This document shows, one piece after another, positions 50,727 through 59,044 of a stretch of 64,000 nt of DNA. The position numbers were made by a program, and so were the translations under genes. The notes under the pieces were generated by a model, which made no database searches, had not been told where the DNA came from, and saw only the letters and a list, made by a program, of their open reading frames with translations. Numbering within the stretch: the first letter of the stretch is position 1; every line of letters begins with the position of its first letter. Source of the stretch: Candidatus Hydrogenedentota bacterium (lineage in GTDB: Bacteria > Hydrogenedentota > Hydrogenedentia > Hydrogenedentales > SLHB01); NCBI GenBank assembly GCA_963674865.2, contig CAXXYE010000010.1, forward strand, positions 1 to 64,000, in the 5' to 3' direction.

Positions 50727-50892
50727 CTACACACAGACCTACAATACCGGATTGGTGATCTGTTGTCGCGGACTCTCCCTCTCAAGAATCCGGTAGTCCT
50801 CTTCTGGGAGAGATATTCCCTCGAGTCTCTCTTTCGGAAGACCGGCCCTCTGCGCAATTTGGGTGATTCCCGAGACACACTAACTCTGGGAT

Positions 50893-51312
50893 CTAGTGCC
50901 GTGTCTTCGCGGCGGGGAAGCGCTCTTTTTCCTGTTCGCCGACATAAGGGCCCTGCTTGATTTCGAGGAAAGACGTGTCTTCGATCATTCGGAAGCCGTG
51001 GCCGCCGCTCACGAGAACCAGAACGTCGCCCGTCTTCAGTTCCCGGCTGCAGAACGGTGACTTGTCGCCGAGGTAGAAGTCCACCCAGCAGTGTCCGTGC
51101 CTAACCAGGAGCACTTCGCTTGTTCCGTGAAGGCAGCGCTCCATCTCGTGGTGAATGTGGGGGACGATGGCACCGTCCTTCGGATAGACAATGAAACCGA
51201 CCTGTTGTTTGTAGGAATCAGGCGTGATGAATTCCGAGGCCGACGGGTCGTAGTCTGAAGGAATGATTAGGCCCAGGACGTCTTCCCCATGCTTGATCCA
51301 TTCGATTCCCAT
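50893..51312 (-). CDS. Cupin-fold protein
   Basis: PHIH..EVL..G and GGHGF..EIKQGPY; start re-called at ATG 51312. Confidence 0.75.
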   Translation of the reverse strand: MGIEWIKHGEDVLGLIIPSDYDPSASEFITPDSYKQQVGFIVYPKDGAIVPHIHHEMERCLHGTSEVLLVRHGHCWVDFYLGDKSPFCSRELKTGDVLVLVSGGHGFRMIEDTSFLEIKQGPYVGEQEKERFPAAKTRH

Positions 51313-51340
51313 GATCTCATTCTCTCCGTACGTTGAACGC

Positions 51341-52108
51341 CTACACACCGGACTCCTGCGGCCTTGCCCGCGCGACAAACGTGACGTTCCAGGTATCGAT
51401 GCTCAGAGGTTCATCAGGCGCCATGAACGGGCAGGCACAGGCCAGTTCCAGTCCAGCAGTCTGCATGGCCAGTGCCATTTCCTGGACGAACATGTAGCGC
51501 ATGCAATGCGCTTCCTTGGTTTGTTTCGCTATCTCGCCGTCGCGCGTCACGGTGACTTCGTAGTTGACTACGACGTTCTGGCCAACGGGGTCGAGTTCCG
51601 GAGTGACGGCCCGGACGATGACGTCATCACCGTCTTTGTACTCGTGGCGCCTTGTTTCCGGCTTCTGAGCCAGGACGGCGGGGCCGAACCAGTTGTCAAA
51701 AATGAAGACGCCGCCTTCATTCAGGTGCTTGCGCGCCGTACGCAGCCCGGCGAGCAGGTCTTCGTTCTTCACCAGATAGCCCACCACGGCGAACATCGAG
51801 ACCACTAGGTCGTATTGCTTCCCGTTCTCAAACGTGGTCAGGTTGCCTGAGGCTAGGTCCACAGCCTGCCCATCAAGACGCTTCCTGGCTTGGGCCAGCA
51901 TCTCCTCGGACAGGTCGAAACCGTCGCATTTAAGGCCCCGCTTGGCGAACTCGGCCAAATGTCGCCCGGTGCCGCAGCCCATGTCCAAGAGGCTTTTCGG
52001 CGAGCAGCCAAAGCGGTTCGCAAGATCAAGGACGAAGTCCGCTTCGGCGCCGTAGTCCTTGTCGGCGTAATACACATCGTAGAAATGGGCATATTCGGAA
52101 AAAACCAC
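51341..52108 (-). CDS. SAM methyltransferase resembling NDP-aminosugar N-methyltransferases (TylM1/DesVI-like)
   Basis: YD..Y..KDY..EA, LLDMGCGTGRH, SMFAVVGY and HLNEGG.FIFD.W. Confidence 0.75.
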   Translation of the reverse strand: MVFSEYAHFYDVYYADKDYGAEADFVLDLANRFGCSPKSLLDMGCGTGRHLAEFAKRGLKCDGFDLSEEMLAQARKRLDGQAVDLASGNLTTFENGKQYDLVVSMFAVVGYLVKNEDLLAGLRTARKHLNEGGVFIFDNWFGPAVLAQKPETRRHEYKDGDDVIVRAVTPELDPVGQNVVVNYEVTVTRDGEIAKQTKEAHCMRYMFVQEMALAMQTAGLELACACPFMAPDEPLSIDTWNVTFVARARPQESGV

Positions 52109-52174
52109 GCCTTCAGGTTCCTTTCTTCTAGTTCTGTCGTGGGAACTTGGCTGGCCAGGGAGCGTATTGCGCGT

Positions 52175-53200
52175 TCATTGGCGCTCGAATTTCAGTGCAT
52201 GCGCCTCGCGCTCGGCTAGCTCGAGATCATGTTCAACCATGAGCTTTACCAGTTCTTGGAAGTCGATTCTCGGTTGCCAGCTGAGTTTCTTCTTGATCTT
52301 GGATGAATCGCCGAGGAGATAGTTGACTTCGGCGGGGCGGCAGTAGTAAGGATCTGTCTCCACGAAGTCGTGCCAGTCGAGTTCCAGTCGTTCAAATGTC
52401 GCTGTTAGGAACTCTTTTACGCTGTAGGCATTGCCGGTCGCGACGACGTAGTCGTCCGGTTCGTCCTGCTGGAGCATCATCCACATGGCTTCGACGTAGT
52501 CTTTTGCGTAGCCCCAATCGCGCTTGGCATCCAGGTTGCCGAGATAGAGCTTATCTTGAAGGCCCAGCTTAATGCGTGTCGCGGCCCGCGTTATTTTGCG
52601 CGTTACAAAATTCTCGCCCCGGCGTTCGCTCTCGTGGTTGAACAAGATACCGTTGCTGCAATGGAAGCCGTAGGATTCCCGGTAGTTCACGGTGTGCCAG
52701 AAGCCCGCCACCTTGGCCACGGCATATGGGCTGCGGGGATGGAAAGGGGTCTCCTCGCTCTGCGGCGGGGGCGTTGAGCCGAACATTTCCGATGACGATG
52801 CTTGGTAGTAGCGGACTTGCTTGCCTGTCCGCTCGATGTGATCGCGCATCGCTTCGAGTAGTCTGAGGACTCCCATTCCCGTCACATCGGCCGTGTACTC
52901 GGGCTGATCGAAAGAAATGCGAACATGGGATTGCGCCGCGAGATTGTAGACTTCGTCCGGATTAATCCGCGAGAGAAGATGCCGCAAGGAAGAACCGTCG
53001 GATAGATCACCATACTCGAGCAGCAAGTGGGTGTTCGAGCCATGGGGGTCATTGTAGACGTGTTCGAGGCGTTCCTTTCGGGTCGAACTTGACCGGCGCA
53101 CGACGCCATAAACCTCGTATCCCTTCGCAAGAAGCAACTCCACCAGAAAGGAGCCGTCCTGGCCCGTCACTCCCGTTACCAGCGCCCTCTTAGCGGTCAT
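52175..53200 (-). CDS. gmd: GDP-mannose 4,6-dehydratase
   Basis: [28 protein letters not shown] and [16 protein letters not shown]; start ATG 53200. Confidence 0.97.
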   Translation of the reverse strand: MTAKRALVTGVTGQDGSFLVELLLAKGYEVYGVVRRSSSTRKERLEHVYNDPHGSNTHLLLEYGDLSDGSSLRHLLSRINPDEVYNLAAQSHVRISFDQPEYTADVTGMGVLRLLEAMRDHIERTGKQVRYYQASSSEMFGSTPPPQSEETPFHPRSPYAVAKVAGFWHTVNYRESYGFHCSNGILFNHESERRGENFVTRKITRAATRIKLGLQDKLYLGNLDAKRDWGYAKDYVEAMWMMLQQDEPDDYVVATGNAYSVKEFLTATFERLELDWHDFVETDPYYCRPAEVNYLLGDSSKIKKKLSWQPRIDFQELVKLMVEHDLELAEREAHALKFERQ

Positions 53201-54312
53201 GTCATAACCTTTCTCACGGCAGCGATTACCGCGTCGATCTGTTCGTCCGTTATGGCCTGGCCGCTCGGCAGGTAGAGCCCTCGGCGGGCAATCTTCTCGG
53301 TGACGGGACAAGAGGTATCGGCGAAGAGCCCCATAGCGCGGTACACCGGTTGCTCATGCATGCCGAGGAAGAATGGACGCGTCTGGACACCCTCGTCCGC
53401 CAGACGTTTGGCGAGGGTCTTTGCATCGTAAGGAACCGAGTCCTCCAAGACGAAGGCATACATCCAAACGGAAGTCCGTGCCCATGGCGCCACGTGCGGT
53501 GTCTGAAGGGGCAGGCCGGCGAGGCCATCGTTGTATCGATCCATCATCGCAATCTTGCGAGCGACAAGGTCGCCGATTCGCTCGAGCTGGGCGCAGCCCA
53601 AAGCGGCTTGCATATTCGTCATGCGGAAATTCCAGCCACGATCCTCGTGGCGGAACCTCTCCGCACGGCCGAAACAAAGGTTTCGTCGTGCCCGGAGGCG
53701 CTCTGCGATGCCGTCATCGTTCGTGAGAACCATTCCCCCTTCGCCGCACGTGATGTTCTTGTTAGCGTAAAACGAGAATGCCGAGACCTCGCCGAACGAA
53801 CCGCACCGCTGCCAGTTCCCCTGTACCAGACACTCGGCTCCGTGCACCTCTGCGGCGTCCTCCACTATCCGGAGATCGTGTTTTGCGGCAAGGTCCAGAA
53901 GCGCCTCCATGTTGACGGGATGCCCGTAGATGTGTACGGGCATGACGGCCACGGTGTTCTCGTTAAGCTTCTTCCGAACATCATCCACGTCCATGCAGTA
54001 GGTTCGGGGGTCGCAATCCACCAGGACGGGCTTCAGGCTGTTTCGTAGAACCGCTTCGAGGCAACTTACGATGGTGAACGAAGGCAGAATGACCTCGCCG
54101 CCTTGCGGAAGGTTGAGTGCCGACACGGCCAGTTCGAGGGCGACGGTGCCGTTGCTCACGGCGACGCCGTGTTTCCGCTCGCAATAGGCCGCCCACTCGG
54201 ACTCGAAACGGTCTATGTACTTGCCCGCCGCCGAGATCCAAGCCGTCTCCACGCAGTCTCGCACGTACTCCACCTCGCGTCCGGCAAGCAGTGGTTCGTT
54301 CACAGGAATCAT
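53197..54312 (-). CDS. per: DegT/DnrJ aminotransferase, GDP-perosamine synthase-like
   Basis: MIPVNEP, WIS, EDAAE and [15 protein letters not shown]; coupled to gmd. Confidence 0.85.
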   Translation of the reverse strand: MIPVNEPLLAGREVEYVRDCVETAWISAAGKYIDRFESEWAAYCERKHGVAVSNGTVALELAVSALNLPQGGEVILPSFTIVSCLEAVLRNSLKPVLVDCDPRTYCMDVDDVRKKLNENTVAVMPVHIYGHPVNMEALLDLAAKHDLRIVEDAAEVHGAECLVQGNWQRCGSFGEVSAFSFYANKNITCGEGGMVLTNDDGIAERLRARRNLCFGRAERFRHEDRGWNFRMTNMQAALGCAQLERIGDLVARKIAMMDRYNDGLAGLPLQTPHVAPWARTSVWMYAFVLEDSVPYDAKTLAKRLADEGVQTRPFFLGMHEQPVYRAMGLFADTSCPVTEKIARRGLYLPSGQAITDEQIDAVIAAVRKVMT

Positions 54313-54328
54313 GGACAGTCCTCCGGCT

Positions 54329-55075
54329 TCAGTCTCCCAGGTCGGCTACCCAACCGAGACGGACCGACTCACCGTATGGGTGACTCTTCCCGTCTGCGTC
54401 CTTGTAGAACAGATTGAAAGTGACATTATACGGAATATCCTTCGCGCTTATCTCGCGGGACTTGGCAAGTACATGCTCACCCGCTGTCCATTTTGAGGTC
54501 GGCGGACAGCCCTTTAACCCGAGGGTCCAGTTCACCAGGCCCCGCTCTCGGAATTCTTCGTCAAGCAGTCTCCTGTGACTCAGATCGACGCGAGCGTAAG
54601 CGTACACACTGCAATTGTGCTCAATAGGCCCCTTAACCTCAAAGAGCCACTGGAATTGGTACTTCTCGGTGCCGATGTACTTCCACCGATACGCCACGAG
54701 ATCCAGTGCATTGGATATCTTGTGCGTTCTTACCCCCGACCGCAAGGCTGCGCGTTTTCTGCCTATAACGGCCGTAATCTCTGGGGAAAGGTCAGCGGGA
54801 TTCCCCAGTTCGGCAACCGTCTCCTGTAGTCCGATCAGGTCGCGACAACTCTCAATAGCGTCCGCGAGGACCGTGTCGGTGGCCGACAAGCTTCGGCCTG
54901 AAGACTGTTCTGCCCCAACGCCCTGTGAGGCCGCTACGGCCGTCGACTCTTCCTTGGCTGCTTTGCCGCCGTCCTTGATCGAGCTATCGCAGCCCGTAAC
55001 CAGGAAACCAATGCCGACTATCAGACACAGCGCAGCCGCATACTTAAGTCTACTCCTATGTCTTGTCTCATCCAT
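54329..55075 (-). CDS. Hypothetical exported/lipoprotein
   Basis: Hydrophobic N-terminus with LVTGC; beta-rich C-terminus with PPTSKWTAGE. Confidence 0.55.
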   Translation of the reverse strand: MDETRHRSRLKYAAALCLIVGIGFLVTGCDSSIKDGGKAAKEESTAVAASQGVGAEQSSGRSLSATDTVLADAIESCRDLIGLQETVAELGNPADLSPEITAVIGRKRAALRSGVRTHKISNALDLVAYRWKYIGTEKYQFQWLFEVKGPIEHNCSVYAYARVDLSHRRLLDEEFRERGLVNWTLGLKGCPPTSKWTAGEHVLAKSREISAKDIPYNVTFNLFYKDADGKSHPYGESVRLGWVADLGD

Positions 55076-55383
55076 GATGACGGTTAAGAACGTGACTCAC
55101 CAGTTCCTAGCGCAACGTGCTTCAGCCCTTGTTTGAGAGGCGCTTCGTGAATTTGGCCATTCCCCGCCGCCTCGCCGGCACTTGCCTCTATCCTGAGTCG
55201 GCCGGGCAACGATGTAGCCGAGCAGGTCTGCCAGAAGCACTACCGATAGAAGACTGCCGCAGCCCGCACGAGAACATTTTTCCAGAGAGACACCTTCCCC
55301 TCAGCAAATACTTCTTCCTGACGACATGACAACGGTAGCGTTGAACACAAGTCAATGCATCGTGCCGTCAGACACACGGATCT

Positions 55384-56742
55384 CTATGAGTTTTCCTCAC
55401 GTGTTTCAGATGACGGGCCGGACGGCTGATCCGTGTGCCCACTCGGCCTGCCGCCAGGAAACACCGCCGCGTCACTTATTTCTTTCAGGAACAGAAGGCC
55501 GGCTGTGACTATCATTCCCACGACGCCTGCCAAATAGACTGTTTTCACATGGCCCGGACCGCTCGGCGCATTGGGGACTTCCGCCGTGCCCAGCACCGTG
55601 ATGTTGCTCGCCAGCGTCCGTTCGGCCACGCGGCCCTTCTCGTACGAGGTCCGTACTACTGCGTAGCTTGCCTTCAGGCTTTCGGACTCCCGCGTGAGCC
55701 TATCTCGTTCGACAGTCTGTTCGGCGAATGTGGTCGTGAGTGAGGAGATTTCTCCCATGAGTTCCTGCAACTTGATAAGGACGGCCTCTCTCGCTGCCTC
55801 ATGCCCGCCGAGTTCTTCTTTTGCCTCCGCGAGCATTCCCCTGATCTCGACATAGCTCTCGTTAGGTTCCTCAGACCGAAGTCCTTGGTCTGGCTGGACT
55901 TGTGGTTTGCCGCCGCTCTCTGCGGCCGTGATCCAGTAGGCGTCGTCGGACGGCGCCCGAAAATAGATGTACTTCTGGGGTTCCTCGGCCAATTCTCCCT
56001 CAAGGACCTCCACCTGCATCCTGCTCGACGCCAGATCGACTTCTGTCTGCTTGAGCAATCTCTCAAACTCGGTGTACTGCTTTTGCTTCGCCTGCAACTG
56101 TGCCTTGATGAGATCCAGGTTCCAGGCCTTGCGATGCTCCGCCAGTGCGCGGTCAGCCTGCTCGAGTTCGCTCCGTGTATCCGTATGGAGGGCTTCCAAG
56201 AGAGAGAAGGTCTCGCCTACGCCTTGGACGGCGACCTCGTCCACCTGCGCTTTGAACTGCTCCGCCCAAGTCTGCGCCATCCTCGCGGCCAGTTCCGGCG
56301 TGCCGGCCTTCGCATGAAACGTCAAGGGCTGGCTGTAGGGCGTGCTCTGCGAAGCACGACTACTAGGCTGTTCAAGTCTGAGGCGCCACCGAAGTCCCTG
56401 CACTGAGGTGTTCTCCAGAGGAATCTCCTCAATGACTCGAGAAAGGAGCGCAGGTGAAAAAGCTATCGTTTCATACATTTCCACCGGCAACTGCCTTGGC
56501 GTCATCGCCGCGACGCTCTCAAATTCCGTGGATGGATCACGCGTCACGATCGTTGTGGTGCCGTCCTGGAAACCCGGGGGGAATACCAGCAGCGTTGCGG
56601 TAGATTCGTAGACTCTGGCCTTCATCAGAGCAAGAGGGATTGCGATGAGGGCAAGAACCACGCCTCCAAGGATGATCTTAAGCCAGTTGGCCCGAAGCCA
56701 CGCCACGAGCACCGGCAATGAAAGCATGTCCACGTTCGGCAT
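55384..56742 (-). CDS. Polysaccharide chain-length determinant (Wzz/GumC-like co-polymerase, no kinase domain)
   Basis: N-terminal TM + YESTATL, long coiled coil, Pro-rich segment + C-terminal TM; start ATG 56742. Confidence 0.82.
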   Translation of the reverse strand: MPNVDMLSLPVLVAWLRANWLKIILGGVVLALIAIPLALMKARVYESTATLLVFPPGFQDGTTTIVTRDPSTEFESVAAMTPRQLPVEMYETIAFSPALLSRVIEEIPLENTSVQGLRWRLRLEQPSSRASQSTPYSQPLTFHAKAGTPELAARMAQTWAEQFKAQVDEVAVQGVGETFSLLEALHTDTRSELEQADRALAEHRKAWNLDLIKAQLQAKQKQYTEFERLLKQTEVDLASSRMQVEVLEGELAEEPQKYIYFRAPSDDAYWITAAESGGKPQVQPDQGLRSEEPNESYVEIRGMLAEAKEELGGHEAAREAVLIKLQELMGEISSLTTTFAEQTVERDRLTRESESLKASYAVVRTSYEKGRVAERTLASNITVLGTAEVPNAPSGPGHVKTVYLAGVVGMIVTAGLLFLKEISDAAVFPGGRPSGHTDQPSGPSSETREENS

Positions 56743-56809
56743 TGACACCCTAAACCCACTCCCTGCGTTGGTTGTACGCACTGTACCTGCACATAGAGTA
56801 GAGCTTCCA

Positions 56810-56839
56810 ACTCTAGCACATGGCGCGCGGGTCTGGCAA
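56810..56839 (-). promoter_or_regulatory. Putative promoter of the polysaccharide operon, TTGCCA-18-(TGc)TAGAGT
   Basis: Motifs on the minus strand about 70 bp upstream of the wzz-like start. Confidence 0.4.
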
Positions 56840-56864
56840 CGGCAAAACACGGCAAAACACAGTG

Positions 56865-58079
56865 GCTGGATTCAATGAGCAAGTGCAACGGCGTGTAGCT
56901 TGAAGACTTCGTTAGGAGTTCGGTATCCCAGTTTTTTGCGTGGCCTGTTGTTAAGTTGACGGACGTAGCTTTGGAGCTGGCTTTCGGCAATTTCCCTGAA
57001 GTTGGTGTTCTTGGGGAGATACTGGCGTAGGAGGCCGTTGGTGTTTTCGTTGGTGCCGCGCTCGTAGGCGGCATAGGGATTGGCGAAGTAGGTGTCGAGG
57101 CCCAAGACCTCGGCGATGTGTCTGTGGTGAGCGAATTCGCTGCCGTTATCGAAGGTGATGGTCTTTGTCCAGTGGGCGGGCAGGTGCCTGAGTTGGTCGA
57201 TGGCAGCCTGGGCGACGCCGTCGGCATGACGGGAGCCGAGCAGTGCGGCCCGTAGCAGCAAGGACTTACGTTCCACCAGGGTAAGCACGGCGCCCTGTTG
57301 GTTGGCCCCGACGAGTAGATCTCCTTCCCAATCCCCGTAGCGCTTTCGGGTGGCGACCTCGGGCGGCCGGGCCTCGATGCCGACGCGATTGGGAATGAAG
57401 GGCCTCGTGGGGCGGCGCTCCCCGCGTTTGCGGCGGCGCGGCCGCCGGCGTCGAAGACAACCGATCAAGGGATTGCCTAGCTTTTCATCGGTGTACAACG
57501 AGCGGTAGATGGTCTCGGGACTGACGCGCATGCGCGGTTGGCCGGGGAAATCCAGCCAGAGGCGGCCCGCAATCTGCTCCGGTGACCATCCTTCCGTCAT
57601 CTTGTCGAAGAGATAGCGCCGTAACGCCGGCTCACTGAGCGAGGTGGTTCTTCGGCAAGTCTTGCGGACCTGCTCGTATCGTTTCTGGGCGCGCGCCGCG
57701 GAATATGCCTTGGACGGGGCCCGATTCCGAGCCAGTTCCCGGCACACCGTCGAGGCGCTACGGCCCAACTGGACGGCAATGGCCCGTTGACTCAGCCCTT
57801 GGCTAAGCCATGCTTGTATCTGTCCGCGTTCCATTGGTGTAAGATGGCGATAGGGCATCGAGACTCCTTTCGGTTCTTGGTTCGTGCAAAAAACCAGTGT
57901 ACCGAACGGATTCCTCGATGCCTTCCTTGTTCTGTCTGCCTTGTGCTCAGAACTCACCTACAGGAAAGGGGGGCCCTTCCCGCTGTCGCCGTCCGCCGCC
58001 GCTCAGGGGTGAGCGACGAACGGCTCCGACGGGAAAGGGCACTCACCCAACCATGTTGCACTTACAATAAGAACTCAGG
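56865..58079 (-). mobile_element. IS30 family insertion sequence (1215 bp)
   Basis: Imperfect IRs GCTGGATTCAATGAGCAAGTGCAAC / CCTGAGTTCTTATTGTAAGTGCAAC; GTG directly repeated at 56862-56864 and 58080-58082. Confidence 0.9.
56872..57858 (-). CDS. IS30 family transposase
   Basis: HTH, WSPEQIAGRL, GDWEGD, TFDNGSEFA, ERGTNENTNGLLRQY and NNRPRKKLG; RBS AAGGAG before ATG 57858. Confidence 0.97.
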   Translation of the reverse strand: MPYRHLTPMERGQIQAWLSQGLSQRAIAVQLGRSASTVCRELARNRAPSKAYSAARAQKRYEQVRKTCRRTTSLSEPALRRYLFDKMTEGWSPEQIAGRLWLDFPGQPRMRVSPETIYRSLYTDEKLGNPLIGCLRRRRPRRRKRGERRPTRPFIPNRVGIEARPPEVATRKRYGDWEGDLLVGANQQGAVLTLVERKSLLLRAALLGSRHADGVAQAAIDQLRHLPAHWTKTITFDNGSEFAHHRHIAEVLGLDTYFANPYAAYERGTNENTNGLLRQYLPKNTNFREIAESQLQSYVRQLNNRPRKKLGYRTPNEVFKLHAVALAH

Positions 58080-58090
58080 GTGCCGCTCTC

Positions 58091-58119
58091 TTGACCCATT
58101 GAGGACTGTGTGTTACGAT
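58091..58119 (+). promoter_or_regulatory. Putative sigma70 promoter TTGACC-17-(TGt)TACGAT
   Basis: Near-consensus, about 50 bp upstream of the 58168 gene. Confidence 0.55.
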
Positions 58120-58167
58120 GTCTTTTAGTCTCATACCCTTAGCGGGGGTCCGCAACGAGGAGAAAGT

Positions 58168-58968
58168 ATGAATAGGGTCTGGTTTGCGCTTGTTGCGAGT
58201 GCCGTGCTTCTAACCGCGTGCGAGAAGCAACCAGGGGATATCGACATACCCGGGGCGCAGGGCGGGGGAGGGAAGGCCCAGGAAGTCGAGCCGCCTACTG
58301 CGGAAGAACTCCTCACCGAAATGCGAAAGCCGCTTCAGGCGGCTGTGCAACTGATGCAGCAGAATCAGATCATCCCTGCGAACAAGCAGCAGGAGCTGGT
58401 CGGCCAGTTCCGGTCCGCCTGTGGGCGCTACAGCACTACGCCGAATCACCCCGAGGCCATAGAGAGGATCACCCAGGAGCTGACCTCTGCTGTGGAGCGG
58501 GGCGCCAAGCAGGAGCAATGGCACGGCGTCTTGCTATTGATCAATATGTACGAGACACGAAAGCCCGACAGTGTCAAGTTCCGGCGAGTCAAGCAGCAGG
58601 CCATCGACTATATCAATCGTCCGAAGGTTAAGATCACTGGTTTCTACGATGATATCGCCATGGGAAAGACCTTGGTCTTTCTGGATGTCTTCATCCCTGC
58701 CCTCGGTGCCTCCGTGAAGGTGGATCCTGTTGTCGAAGGGGATGAGTTTCTCCAACCGCCCTACACCATGCGCCTCGTCCAGATTATCGGAACGCAAGAC
58801 GGCATAACCGTCGAGTACAAGAAGACTGGGGAAGTCTGGGATGTGATGGATGTCATCGGCGACACCAAGAAGCGAAGCATCCTGCCCGCCCAGGCCGGTA
58901 AGGGCAAGAGAGGCGGCAGGAACCGGCGTCAGGTGCAAGAGGAAGAAGAGGAAGAAGAGGACTTCTAA
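58168..58968 (+). CDS. Hypothetical lipoprotein
   Basis: Lipobox LTAC; RBS GAGGAG; basic then poly-Glu tail. Confidence 0.7.
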   Translation: MNRVWFALVASAVLLTACEKQPGDIDIPGAQGGGGKAQEVEPPTAEELLTEMRKPLQAAVQLMQQNQIIPANKQQELVGQFRSACGRYSTTPNHPEAIERITQELTSAVERGAKQEQWHGVLLLINMYETRKPDSVKFRRVKQQAIDYINRPKVKITGFYDDIAMGKTLVFLDVFIPALGASVKVDPVVEGDEFLQPPYTMRLVQIIGTQDGITVEYKKTGEVWDVMDVIGDTKKRSILPAQAGKGKRGGRNRRQVQEEEEEEEDF

Positions 58969-59044
58969 GTATCGGCGTTGCTCAGAACAGCGTCGAAAAG
59001 CGCTTCTGCACGTTGTCTTGGCGTGCCTCGAATCCTAGGATCAC

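Noticed and set aside
55076..55383. 300-bp gap in the glycan operon as a small gene or ncRNA
   Set aside because: No credible same-strand ORF or clear structure could be supported by eye
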